A DNA stretch of 64,000 bases from Balanoglossus misakiensis (Eukaryota; Animalia; Hemichordata): contig CM082585.2 of the NCBI GenBank assembly GCA_040954595.2, positions 820,814 to 884,813 on the forward strand, given 5' to 3'. The notes beneath the pieces were generated by a model. That model was not told where the DNA came from and searched no databases. It saw nothing but the letters and a program-made list of their open reading frames with translations. Both the position numbers and the translations under genes were made by a program. Of this stretch, positions 40,001 through 51,715 are shown piece after piece. The first letter of the stretch is position 1; every line of letters starts with the position of its first letter.

Positions 40001-40183
40001 CAATGCATGATGGTATTGCACTATTCCACTGTAAATCGGATTGACAAGTCAGGTAATCAGCACCATTTAATTCATAGCCAGCATTACAATAGAATGTGAT
40101 GTTACTGCCCATATAATATGGTCCACTATCAGGGACAGCTTGTAGATGTGGGTCTGTTATGAGTATATCACTGCAGTTCAATC
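40001..40183 (-). pseudogene. uif-like exon, sushi/CCP4
   Basis: cag|LNCSDI...GSNITFYCNAGYELNGADYLTCQSDLQWNSAIPSCI|gtaagt. Confidence 0.92.
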
Positions 40184-40492
40184 CTGCAAGTAAAAAAAAT
40201 AAAACACTATGTGGATGCAGACTTGATTGTGGTATATATATTGGGTATCTGTATTCTGTCACAACTTTAACATTTTCACCCCAAGTTCCCACTATAAAAG
40301 TCCAGATACCATTGACTCCTTTTTTCAATTATCGACTAAATTCATGACTCTGTATTTCAAAAACAAGCGTGGTGACCCCTATATTTTATCACAAATGTTC
40401 ATTATACATACATAGGATAATCCAAAAATTAACAATTAAAAGAAATGACCATATTTTCAATTTTACTGAATGTACATCCTTAAATGACTTAC

Positions 40493-40675
40493 GTTGACAG
40501 TATCCTGGATCTCCAATCCATGATCCATCTTCACCACATGTAGAGACAGTGTAGCCAGTCAGACTGTAGCCAGATGGACATGAGTAGGCAACGGTTGTTC
40601 CAAAAATCAATGAATCACCACTAACAATTTCATATGATAAGTAGTTGTCTACATTCGGTGGTGGACACTCGCGAG
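40493..40675 (-). pseudogene. uif-like exon, sushi/CCP3
   Basis: cag|RECPPP...FGTTVAYSCPSGYSLTGYTVSTCGEDGSWIGDPGYCQ|gtaagt. Confidence 0.92.
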
Positions 40676-40973
40676 CTGTTTGGATAAGATGAACAGATAA
40701 CATTACAAGTGTGTTAATACTAGGAAAATGGTTTAAAGGGACATGCAGTAACCCTCACAATCCTGCATATTTTCAAGTTACCAGTGTCTGGTTTAACATT
40801 CAGTGTGTAATGTCCCAATTAGACACCCATGTGGAATGTAGCAACCAGCACAAAGTGCCCCATCATAACGCTATGGAGAGAATTTCAACTTGAGTCAGTG
40901 ATTTTTATGAAAACATGACAGTGAACACCCTGTGTTATACTTTGTTTTCAAAACGACTCATCACACACTTTAA

Positions 40974-41273
40974 AGCCTCTAGAGCTGCCAAATTTCACAA
41001 TTTTTTTCTTTTCCACAGTAAAACCTTTCAAATCTATGGTGATGCATACCACGATAGCTAGCTGCATACTGTTTGTATGGAGGCTGATTTTAATAAAATG
41101 GGTACGGCACCTGTTTAATACATTGCACGTTTAAATTGCAACATACAGCCACAATCAGGCATTGATGACATGTTCTTGTATCCCTATCAGTAAGCTTAAT
41201 TATTTCAATGTACCAATCTACGTCGGAAAATAAAATCTGAAAATAAATGCAAAAAGTGGCAGCTCTAGTGGCT
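40974..41273. mobile_element. TTAA-flanked MITE, family E
   Basis: ttaa|agcctctagagctgcca ... tggcagctctagtggct|ttaa. Confidence 0.82.
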
Positions 41274-41376
41274 TTAAAGCACTGAAAGGTTCAGAGGACT
41301 AACATTTTTCTGAAAATCCGTCTCCTAAGTGTGCACTACAATGGCAGTTTAATTGTTTTCAAAAATATCAACTTAC

Positions 41377-41556
41377 GCTCGCATTGGGGCACAAGTGGAC
41401 CCCAGACACCATCTGCTTGGCATTCCAATGAAGACACATTATTTATAAACTGATAGCCCTCAATGCATTGATAATAAGCAATGCCACCATACACTGTACT
41501 GGTAACATTGGTAAGAATTCCATTGCTGCACTCAGGGGGTCCACCACATGTTATTC
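41377..41556 (-). pseudogene. uif-like exon, sushi/CCP2
   Basis: tag|ITCGGPPECSNGILTNVTSTVYGGIAYYQCIEGYQFINNVSSLECQADGVWGPLVPQCE|gtaagt. Confidence 0.92.
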
Positions 41557-41799
41557 CTAAAAAATAAACAACAAATTAGTGTCATTCAAGTTGTTGCTAA
41601 CAATAGATTCAAGAGACAAATTAAGTCTCTCTCATCACTGCACTTTTTTCATTAATTATCTTGGATACAAGACACCAGGCTAGGCATATTTGCATAGCTG
41701 GTACGACTTATACACGGCGAAAATGTTTTTTTTTTCCTGAAAGAGTGACCTCAAAGCTACAAAATTATGTAGATATCAGCTAGACCGGACATCCCCTTT

Positions 41800-41902
41800 A
41801 ACTACTGGATAACCGTCCGAGCATTGGAATGAGACAGAGACATCATACCTTCTATCTCTGTACTGGTCACCACGCCCTCACTAATCACAATTTCGGGACA
41901 GT
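41800..41902 (-). pseudogene. uif-like exon, sushi/CCP1 (frameshifted, truncated by a MITE)
   Basis: cag|DCPEIVISEGVVTST, frameshift, then DRRYDVSVSFQCSDGYPVV, then TTAA and a MITE end. Confidence 0.75.
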
Positions 41903-42420
41903 CTGTCAGAACAAGGATCACAATGATAAGAATGCATGCAGACAAATACTTAAACTCATAAATGTCAGTTGTTTTAAAGTGAAGGGGTCGTCGCAATGCG
42001 TTTGTTTATAAACATTACAATTCATTCACAAATCCCTCAAATAAGATAATTCTTAGAATGAACGAAGCAGCTGACAGTATCCTAGACTGTCCATGACAGC
42101 AACTGAAGATCCTAGTAGGTCGTGGCTGTCTAATTTCAGGGATTTGTGGATGAATTGCAATGTTTATAAACAAACAAACGCAGTGCGACGACCCCATCAC
42201 TTTATTGAGTGTGATACAAGAGTGTTGCCATTCCTGTCAATGGTCCAAAATTGCATTGCAATTGTAAGAAATTACTGTCTCTGTTTTTCCAGCTCTTTGA
42301 AGTTTCGTAAAAATTCAAAAACATTTGCACCTTTCAATTAATGACTCTAAATCACAAGGAATAAAGGGAGAGTGTGTTTCTAAGAATTCTGTAACAACTT
42401 TTTCTGAAATGTTAGTAAGT

Positions 42421-42631
42421 TACTGTAAAACACTTTATTTTCGCGAGCAAGAGATTTTCGCGAAATACGCGAAAGCCAAAATAGCGTGAAAATAAAAAGT
42501 TGCGTAATTTTTTTGAAGATAAAGATGCAATGGATGAAATAAGAGAACGCGAAAATTAACACTGGCGAAACAGTGGCCTCTCTCGATGTCGCGAAAAATT
42601 TCAACTCGTGAAAATAAAGTGTTTTACAGTA
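42421..42631. mobile_element. TA-flanked Tc1/mariner-like MITE; other copies at ~39615-39809, ~42859-43058, 43101-43310 and 48598-48793
   Basis: TIR tactgtaaaacactttattttc...gaaaataaagtgttttacagta with internal cgcgaaaa motifs. Confidence 0.85.
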
Positions 42632-42638
42632 TGTGTAC

Positions 42639-42822
42639 CTGGTGAAAATGAAGCCCTGAATCCTTTAGCTGGTCGTGTTCTACTACTCCTGAACACAACC
42701 GAAAAGTGTCCAATGTCTGTACGGCAATCGGGTGGTGGCACAGTGCCATCAATGACTCCATCAGAATTGCCACTCCATGGACCAATAATGACATCATCAT
42801 CACTCTCAGTACCATTGTATAC
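42639..42822 (-). pseudogene. uif-like exon, CUB3 C-half
   Basis: aag|VYNGTESDDDVIIGPWSG...HFSVVFRSSRTRPAKGFRASFSP|gtacac. Confidence 0.88.
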
Positions 42823-43475
42823 CTTCAGAAACAAAGACAATTTAAGCATGCATTGTAAATACCGTAAAACGGGAAATCTTCACAACAGGAAATTTTCGCG
42901 ATATCAAAGGTGGCTACTGTTACGCGACAATTAATTTTCACATTGGCATATTTTACTGCATTGTTATCTCTGAAGCATTTTAAGCGACTTTTTATTTTCA
43001 TATTTTTTGGCTCTCACATAGTTTACGAAAATTTATCGTTCACGAAAATTTTATAGTATTCAATCCTTGTTGCATTTCCTGCTGTAACAGCTACTCAACA
43101 TACTGTAAAATGGGAAATGTTCGCAAACAATAAATTTTCGCGATCTACGTGAGAGCCATCAAAACATGAAAATAAAAAGTTGCGTAAAAATGTTTTTCGG
43201 GGATAATGATGCAGTGAAATACAAGAACGTGAAAAGTTATTGTTGCATAACACTTGCCTCTTTTGATAACGCGAAAATTTCATGTTGCAAAAGTATCCCG
43301 TTTTACAGTATATATGTGATTAATTAAATTTCCAAATTGTGTTCCAAAGTTGTATAGTTTGAAGTAATGTCTGCCAAAATTGTCAAACTAAAATCACTGC
43401 AAAATAATATGACAAATTTTTTAATATGACAAATATTTTTAACATGGCTGACTCATGATCATATCTGATACTCAC

Positions 43476-43660
43476 AATGATGTAATCAACATCTGTGTTC
43501 CTCTCTAATCCAAAGTTCTCATCAAAGATAAGAGTTAATGGTCTTCCAGTTGGTTCCTTGATTAACCAGCTACACATAACATCATCAGGGTAAGTGCTAA
43601 CATCATACCCTGGTGACTGAATCGTGCCAAAACTACGCAGAATTTCAATTCCCTGGCAAC
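43476..43660 (-). pseudogene. uif-like exon, CUB3 N-half
   Basis: aag|GCQGIEILRSFGTIQSPGYDVSTYPDDVMCSWLIKEPTGRPLTLIFDENFGLERNTDVDYII|gtgagt. Confidence 0.9.
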
Positions 43661-43894
43661 CTTTAAAGAAACAAGTGACCTATCGGTCAAAAGAGCTCTG
43701 CTGACTTTAACAGTGAAACCTATAGCTGGGCAATGATATGAATACCCTAGGTTTTAATCATAACAATTGTATTCTATTAAACAAACCAAACATAGACATC
43801 ACAAGTATTTAATATCCACATTCAGCCTGATTCATTGTGCTAAAGAAAGAAAGAATTTATTCCTAAAGAACAACATCAAAAGGAAGTACCAAGG

Positions 43895-44416
43895 TACTAA
43901 TTTGCATATTCATGACCCGATCAAAATTCCAATAAAACAAAATCAGGTAGGGGCACCATAACACACATTCTACCAAATTTCAGCTCCATCGTACATGTAG
44001 TTAGGGAGAAGAAGATTTTTTACCAAAAATTATATTTTTAGATCTAATTTGCATATTCATGACCCGATCATATCCAAATTTATGAAATCAGGTAGGGGCA
44101 CCATAACACACATTCCTGCCAAATTTCAGCTCAATCGTACATGTAGTTAGGGAGAAGAAAATGTTTGACCAACATTCTATTTTAGATCTAATTTGCATAT
44201 TTATGACCCCATCAAATCCAAATTTACAAAATCAGGTAGGGGCACCATAACACACATTCCTACCAAATTATAGCTAAATATGCAATGTCGTTTTAACGAA
44301 GAAGATTGAAATACCGAAAGTTGACGGACGACGGACAACGGACGCCGGACGACAGACGGACACTTATCAACCTACTGCTACAGCTTGGCTGACACAAGTG
44401 ACAGCCAAGCTAAAAA
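43895..44416 (-). mobile_element. HINE-like element with three ~145-bp core repeats
   Basis: Hairpin agcttggctg...cagccaagct at 44382-44411, a (GACG/GGAC)n microsatellite, and cores taatttgcatatt at ~43898, 44045 and 44189. Confidence 0.7.
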
Positions 44417-44793
44417 TACCAAACAAGGAATAATGAATTCAATCCACAGGTTTGGTGTAATCCTGGCTGCCTTTTATTTTGTGCTAGGGGATCAAATCAC
44501 ATAATAATTGCCTTCTGGATAAAAAGTCGTACGCGACAGAAGAAATGACTGTTAACTGTATATGACTTCCTTAGGTCAAACCTTTCTGTCGTTATACATG
44601 TAGTTATCAAATTAAACTCATTTAACTTTTTTCACATTTTGTTATTTTTTCTGTTAAAAAGTTCCATAATGACCCAGTATCAGATTAGCTTATATTATAA
44701 ACTTCCAGAAAGAATGGCAAAAGAAGATAGATCTGTGATCCTTACAATTCTTACTGGGTTGAAATTCTTTGGGAATGATTTTAAGTGATTTAA

Positions 44794-45142
44794 AGGGACA
44801 AAGTTTCTCTCACTCGCTGCCCTTTTTCCATTAACTATGTTTGATACAAGACACTGTTTATGTTATTCTACATGTGGATATATAGTGAATCAACATTCAA
44901 CCACGCACAACTTCCATCCCGTTTGTAGGATATGAGAGTAAAAATATTGCCAAAATGAATAAACGGTAGAGACCAATTATTCATTTTGGCGAGTTTTTTC
45001 ACTCTTGTGTCTACAAGTGGGATGGAAGTTGTTTGTGGTCAAACGTTGTTTCAATATATATCCACATGTAGAATAACATAAACGCTGAATTGTATCATCA
45101 TAATTCCTGGAAAAAGGGTAGCGAGAGAGAGTGTTTGTCCCT
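44794..45142. mobile_element. Family-A TTAA MITE
   Basis: ttaa|agggacaaag...tttgtccct|ttaa; body matches 9478-9824. Confidence 0.88.
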
Positions 45143-45227
45143 TTAAAACATTGTTCTCTTGCATCATGAATCCTTGATTGCCTCTTCATTCAAACAACGT
45201 CTTGATCAATTTGAATGCGTTACCTAC

Positions 45228-45429
45228 CTGCCCAGTAATGTACATGAAAACCTCTCATTGTAACTGCATCATCACTCTTAATGTCAACTCTCATCATACT
45301 TTTGGAAGATATGATGACATTGGGTAACTCCATCCCAGAAAATAAAGCAAGTCTGAGGGCAGGATTCAGTTCAGCGCCATCGTATACAGACACTTGATCA
45401 GCCCCATCTTCTGTTGCAAAGGAGATAAA
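45228..45429 (-). pseudogene. uif-like exon, CUB2 C-half (non-canonical CG acceptor)
   Basis: ccg|FISFATEDGADQVSVYDG...LFSGMELPNVIISSKSMMRVDIKSDDAVTMRGFHVHYWA|gtaggt; 202 nt, like the CUB1 C-half. Confidence 0.88.
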
Positions 45430-45544
45430 CGGAAAAGATATAAAAAATAGCATCAAAGACACTTTGCTCCCATTTGATATGTACATTTAAATGTGACATA
45501 CCGTACAATCATAGTGATCACAATTTCCTACACAAAACCATTAA

Positions 45545-45820
45545 GGGGCAAAGTCTCTCTCTCTCTCGCTGCCCCTTTTCCATTAATTATCGTTTGATTA
45601 TCGTTTATGTTATTCTAGATGTGGATATATAGTGAATCAACATTCCATCCCGCTTCATTTTGGGCGAGATTTTTACTCTCATATCCTAAAAATGGGATGG
45701 AAGGTGTGTGTGGTCGAATGTTGATTCACTATATATCCTCATGTAGAATAACATAAACGGTGTCTTGTATCAAACATAATTAATGGGAAAAGGGCAGCGA
45801 GAGAGAGAGACTTCGTCCCT
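45545..45820. mobile_element. Family-A TTAA MITE, internally deleted
   Basis: ttaa|ggggcaaagtctctc...gagacttcgtccct|ataa. Confidence 0.82.
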
Positions 45821-46189
45821 ATAAGGACACCTTTAGCATTGATGAGGTAATATAAGAATACATCTGATAAAGAATATTTTCACATCCCAATAAACCAAAA
45901 TCCAAAACAACTGGAAGAGCCGTTTCTGACATAAGTGGACTTTTGGACCAAAAATGTCTAAAACTACCCACCCCCCTCCTCCCCAGTATTGATATTTGTC
46001 ACATGTTTATGTACACCATAATAACAAATATTGTAGGTCCTTGTAAACCAAATTTTAAGAAATCGGAAAAGTGACTACTGAGAATTGACCAGAAATGACA
46101 AAAATAAAATGTATTTTTAAAAATATAATTACTATTTTTTGTCATGCTGTAAAACAACTCACACGATTAATTGCATCTGAATCCACTAC

Positions 46190-46341
46190 CTGTAAAGTGA
46201 CAACAAATTCTGTTGTGAATGATGCCAGCTGTCAGTTACAATCTTCATTGTTGAGATAATTCTTGCCTTCAAAATATTCTGTACTGCTGAGATTCTGTTT
46301 ATATGACTGTGCTATGAAATTCCCACCACACAAAGAATACA
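46190..46341 (-). pseudogene. uif-like exon, CUB2 N-half (in-frame TGA)
   Basis: cag|VYSLCGGNFIAQSYKQNLSSTEYFEGKNYLNNEDCN*QLASFTTEFVVTLQ|gtagtg. Confidence 0.88.
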
Positions 46342-46634
46342 CTGAAAGAAAGAAGAAGTCATCTTAACAGAAACACTTCACAAACAGGACATCAGCAAGA
46401 TCACAGTCGAGGTAGGGCAAATATTGCCTACATGTGCAATCTATAATGTTATACCAGGTTCACGTAGGGTAAAATTCGAAACGTTTCAGAGACACTATTT
46501 GCCTAAGGTAAACACAGAGCATTAATGCTTTTAGTTGCCTTGTGTCCACACATGCAAAGTTTATGTGTAGTTCGCGAAAATTTATCGTTTGCGAAAATTT
46601 CCAGTTTTACATTATGTATAAAACTTGGTATTAC

Positions 46635-46836
46635 CTGCTTGCCAAGATGCTTCAAAGCCAGTAGCAGTATGCGAACTATCTGAGAGAAATTTCACCAACA
46701 TTGCATTACCACTGCTAATAACTTCATCAGGCTGGTCCGGTCCACTGTATGTAGCAAGAACTTTGGATGGGTCAAACACAGACACCTCGACAATGACAAC
46801 AGTATCATGATAAAGTTCAGTGTCAAAATGTAGAAA
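46635..46836 (-). pseudogene. uif-like exon, CUB1 C-half
   Basis: cag|FLHFDTELYHDTVVI...YSGPDQPDEVISSGNAMLVKFLSDSSHTATGFEASWQA|gtaata; 202 nt. Confidence 0.9.
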
Positions 46837-46931
46837 CTGAAAAGAATAAAAAAAATGTCACAACACACATCATAAATAGTGAGCTGTCTCAAGCCAATAT
46901 ACATGAAAATAAACACAGTTTCATGACTTAA

Positions 46932-47910
46932 GCCCCATTAGCTGTAACTTTTTGCATTTTTCAGTATTTCTATTCTGTGTATCAATTATAGTTTCTTGTT
47001 CAGCTACGCAGGGCAGAGTTAAATCCATAGTCTTAACTTCTCAACGAAACCTATGAGGGCACAATCGGCATTGTTGTTGTTTGAAAACATTCGTAAATAA
47101 TAACAACAGTCAGTACACATACACATGACTCGTTGACAAGCAGAGAGCTGGGTGTGATGGGTTACTCATGAGGAGAGGAACAAGAAAAAGTGTTTAATTT
47201 AAATAATAACACATGATAGCGAGGGCAATATCACGATTTGAAGCCTGCATGAGGGATGGTGATCTCTGACCATAATATTGATGATGCCCGAGCCGCAGGC
47301 GAGGGTATCATCAATATTTTGGTCAGAGATCACCAGCCCGAGGGCAGGCTTCAAATCGTGATGTTGCCCGAGCATAATGTGTTATTAATTTTATTACGCC
47401 GAACATTTGAACGTACATACACTGCAGCATGTAGCATGTAGACTCGCGTCCATATGTCGTACGTTGCTGAGAATGTAAAATGTCTCGATCTCCCAAGAAT
47501 TATACGATACCTACTTCGAACTTAGATTATTTTGAAAATACTGCGCTGTTGGTTGCGATTTTGGTGTATTTACTGCCCGTTTGCAGTAAAATATCATCCA
47601 GTAGAACAGGTGTTAAGCCTGTGTGTCGCTTTGAAGCCATATAGATGCGGGAGTCGACTGATCGTGAAGGAAGCCATTGAACGACAGTTTGGAACGCGCA
47701 GAAGTCGTGCCCAGAACACCAAAACAACCAAGTGGGCAATATCAGCGCACGCGACAGGGCTTAATCAACTCTAGCCATGTTATATCACTTTTTTTTCTAT
47801 ATCACGTGAGCGCGTCTCAGCCAATCACGAAAACGGTATAATACGTGAGGTGTAATAAACACAAAACAAAATTACTGATAAACTAGCCTGAAGTTATAGA
47901 TAATGGCCCT
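46932..47910. mobile_element. TTAA-flanked element with a nested palindromic element at ~47200-47857
   Basis: ttaa|gccccattagctgtaac ... gttatagataatggccct|ttaa. The interior holds an ~180-bp palindrome at 47205-47386. Confidence 0.6.
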
Positions 47911-48161
47911 TTAATTCAAAAGTTTACCAAAAATCATGTTTGTTATAAGGAAGAAAAAAATCTAATTATTTTTTTTTAGTTGAAATGAATTTAAATCTAA
48001 TACATGTGTCTGTTTTTTTTTTTAAGTGTTTGTATGTCGAATGGACGGGAAAAGGTGTTTTGTATAGGCAGGTTTCCAGATTAGACAGAGTTAGTGGTTT
48101 ATGCAAGTTTTACTGTAAAAAATAACTGGTTTTGGAATTTGACAGTTTACAAGTGAGCACT

Positions 48162-48286
48162 TATTCTGGATGTTGCAGGTCCCTGGATTGTCCAAATACA
48201 TTCTTGTAGAATGTAATAATTATCATCTGGGTATCCAGTGCTGTGAAAGGTCCCCGATTCACCAGTTTCCAAACCACCACATGTTC
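48162..48286 (-). pseudogene. uif-like exon, CUB1 N-half (donor lost)
   Basis: cag|GTCGGLETGESGTFHSTGYPDDNYYILQECIWTIQGPATSRI, then runs into repeat sequence and a TAA. Confidence 0.85.
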
Positions 48287-50551
48287 CTGAATATCATTAA
48301 AATAAAAAGAAAGAGTATGTTTGTGTGATGAATGGTCATAAAGATTCAGCTCATCAAGTTGACGAAATTTCATTGATGATAAAATTACTTCACCAACAGT
48401 GAGTATCCAATGTACATGTATAAAACAATGTTTGTATTAGTATAAATCAAATGTAAAAATTTTGAAACGACATTTATCACACCCGAAAATTCCAAGAACC
48501 GCATATTATGATTCTCTAAGCTCAAACTATCAGTGTGACAGATGCCAGATTCTTAAAATACTTGGCCCAGTTTTGTTTCTGATTTATATTTATGACATAC
48601 TGTAAAACAGGAAATTTTTCATGATATCAAAAGTGGCAACAGTTATGCGATGATTGATTTTCGCATTCTCATATTTCACGGCATTGCTATCTTCGAAAAA
48701 CATTTTGACACAACTTGTTTATTTTCGCGTTTTTTTTGGCTCTCGCATAGTTCGCAAAAATGTATCGCTCGCGAAAATTTCCTGTTTACAGTACAAAATT
48801 CTTGGAGGATCAGACTTTCTGCTGACAGTTCAAAAGTAGTCTTTAGTTGCAAAGGAGATGATCATACAATTAAACCACGATCGTGACGTCACACTATTCA
48901 ATAGACAAGTCATTCACTGAGAGAACCTCCGTCTCACACAAAACCACAGGTTTAAAACCAAGTCCCGGGTAGTTCTAGAACTACCTCCGGGGGTTCTAGA
49001 ACTACCGCAGGACTCAGTCTCACCTGTCGTAACAAAAATACAAATACACAATGCTTTATTTGCATAATTACATTTACTTCTATACCTGTATTCAAAGTAC
49101 ATTTCATTTGAATAGAGTAATTGTTATGTTAATTGAAAGCGAACTGGATATGCGACAGTCTCCGGATCATTTCATTCAATGCTTCACATTCACAGTTTTG
49201 TCTACTGACGTACAAAGCTAATGTCTTGGTGGCTCTCGAGAGTCTTCATAACATGATAATAAAAGTATAAAATAGACAAAAATCAATTCACCAGAAACAA
49301 ACTAACGTTGCAATAAATTAACTACAAATTTCTAGAAAATTATACTAAATCACATTATCCCCAGATTTGCTTGCATTACTCTAACCAGATGCTTCACTTC
49401 GATTTTGCTTCACTACCGACATGTAACAAGGTTGGCTGTTTTAGGCCTAAAACCCGCGTACCTTGCAAAATTCTGCTTACTTTTTGTTGCTGTTCACCAG
49501 ACGTGGGTTTGTAATGTCGGACGGATTCACTTCGGTATCAAGTCTTTTCGCAGATGAGTTACTCACCAATATCGCTACCATACAGACGTGTTGCCGCTGT
49601 GGCTCGTAGAGAGTGGTTCGTTCAAAAGCCAGGGAGGCCAATACACAGACGGGCAGTAGTACCATGTAGAGCATTGTTACCCGGTTTTTGCTTTACCAAC
49701 ATGTAGCCGCTTGTTTTCGCAGATGATATAGATCGGAACTACATGTATCTTCAGATCGATTTCATGGACATTTGAAGGAAAATAAAAAAAAAACGTGACA
49801 CTTACATGTAGGCCTTCTGCATTTGGCCTAGAAAATTTTCGCGTAAGCTTACCATGTGCACGCAAAACCCCAATAGCTGTAACGCTTCCCATAATACACT
49901 ACGTAACACACCTGTAAAGTTTAATTTGATGCAAATTAGTGTTTGAAATTAGCATATCACTCTGACACGTAAGCATGAACATTTAGAGTAACACCTGTCA
50001 AGCGTGGGCGATCTTGTAAGGCCCAGCAGGGCGGTCTAGAACTACCTGCCCACGACATGATTCATTTATAGGAAAAGGGGTGGCCAACCAAATTTCACAG
50101 TCAGCAATGAAGAATAAGCCTCTTTTGATAAGCTTTTGTTCGTTCATTTTATTGAATCGTTGAGTAAAACGACGTCTTTGTGGTACACGAAGCTCCAATG
50201 GTGACAATGTCTGTGGGGGGTCGTGGTTTAAGTTAGAGAACCACCTCCCCCTCAGTGGTTCTTGGTTTCCAATCGCCTCGGCCCTGCGGCCCTCGGCAAT
50301 TCGAAACCAAGAACCACCTCGGGGTCGGTGGTTCTCTATTACATAAATAGTCTAAAAGAAATTGTTAAGTAAACATAACCATACAATTAATGAGTGGAAT
50401 TATCTAGCGACAACTGGCCTCAATTTTGAATTTCAAATATAACACCATTCTGCACCCAAGGAGACATCACATGATCTGATCCCCCTTGTTTAACTTTTAG
50501 TGGTGAGCTCTTCCAAGTATATCTTGTATTGCTTAGGGGACTCTAACTCTT

Positions 50552-50840
50552 TCTCCTTCCCTCCCTTCCACCCCCTCCCCCTCCCTCTCTAGCTCTCTCC
50601 CTCCCCTCTCCCGCCCCTCTCCCTCCCCTCTCCCGCCCCTCTCCCTCCCTCCCACCCCTCTCTAGCTCTCTCTCCCTCCCTACCCCCTCTACCCCTCCCT
50701 CTCCCTCTAGTTCTCTCTCCCCCTCTCCCTCACTACCACCCTCCCTCCCTCCCTCCCTGTCACTCTCCAGCTCTCTCTCCCTCCCCTCTCACTCTCCCCT
50801 CCCAGCCTCTCCCTCCCGCTCTTTTGCACACACTCTCTCT
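50552..50840. repeat. CT-rich polypyrimidine low-complexity tract
   Basis: Almost only C and T, with ccctc/ctctc motifs. Confidence 0.95.
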
Positions 50841-50935
50841 TAGTATATATATTGGGAGGTGACTACAGCAGTGCGAGAAAAGTAAAGACCTGATGCGAGT
50901 AAGGGAAGATTCTAGCTGATTTGAATCAGACTTAC

Positions 50936-51151
50936 CTTCAGCACAAGCTGCTACTTCACACATTGACAGACTGACATCATCACATCTTGCATGATACAAT
51001 GGGTAATTATTTTCAAAGAGGTTTAACCTCACACATTGCCCAGTGGAGGCATCAGGTTCTGTGTCTGCCCATCGACCATCAAAGACACTACCTTTCCTGC
51101 CATCTGAATAATCATATTCCACACTGCCATCTCGATTGGGTCCACTAAATC
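50936..51151 (-). pseudogene. uif-like exon, C-type lectin part 4
   Basis: tag|GFSGPNRDGSVEYDYSDG...WADTEPDASTGQCV...RCDDVSLSMCEVAACAE(G)|gtaagt. Confidence 0.9.
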
Positions 51152-51596
51152 CTATAAAATGGAAATAAAGAAAGAAGATGCATACAGCAGTGTTTCATCC
51201 AGGATGGGGGGGGGGGGGATATGTCCCCCTTTGCTTGAATAGTTGCACTCTTGCAAGGAGGGGAATGAGTGACATCGCTGAGTCTGTAAGGGGCACCATT
51301 TCCCCCTTGACAAATTTCTAGGGGGGTGCCAACATGCTGACAGTGGGCGAATTCCCTCATCCCTCCATCTGGATGAAAAACTGCATACAGAGTCACTTAA
51401 TAGCAAGATTTTGTGAGGTTATTGAGATGTAAAAAATAGGCTTTTCAATTACCATCTTGAGACAATTATCATTCAAGTGTTACTATGCAGTGCTTACTTG
51501 TAAACTGTCAAATTCCAAAACCAGTTATTTTTTACACTTGATACACCCACAAATTATTTGGGAACACTGACAAACACTGTTAAAAGACACACTCAC

Positions 51597-51715
51597 CAAT
51601 CCAACCATGGTTCGCTGTTTCATTGGAAGTCTCTTCAATCTGGTTTACAATCTCTGCTCCAGCATAACGATTTTCAGAATAACCCTCAATTACTGTCAAG
51701 TGCCCACCATAAAAT
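51597..51715 (-). pseudogene. uif-like exon, C-type lectin part 3
   Basis: cag|FYGGHLTVIEGYSENRYAGAEIVNQIEETSNETANHGWI(G)|gtgagt; contains the WIG motif. Confidence 0.88.

Noticed and set aside
46232-46234. Selenocysteine or readthrough TGA
   Set aside because: It aligns to a conserved Trp rather than Cys, and the gene has other disabling lesions.
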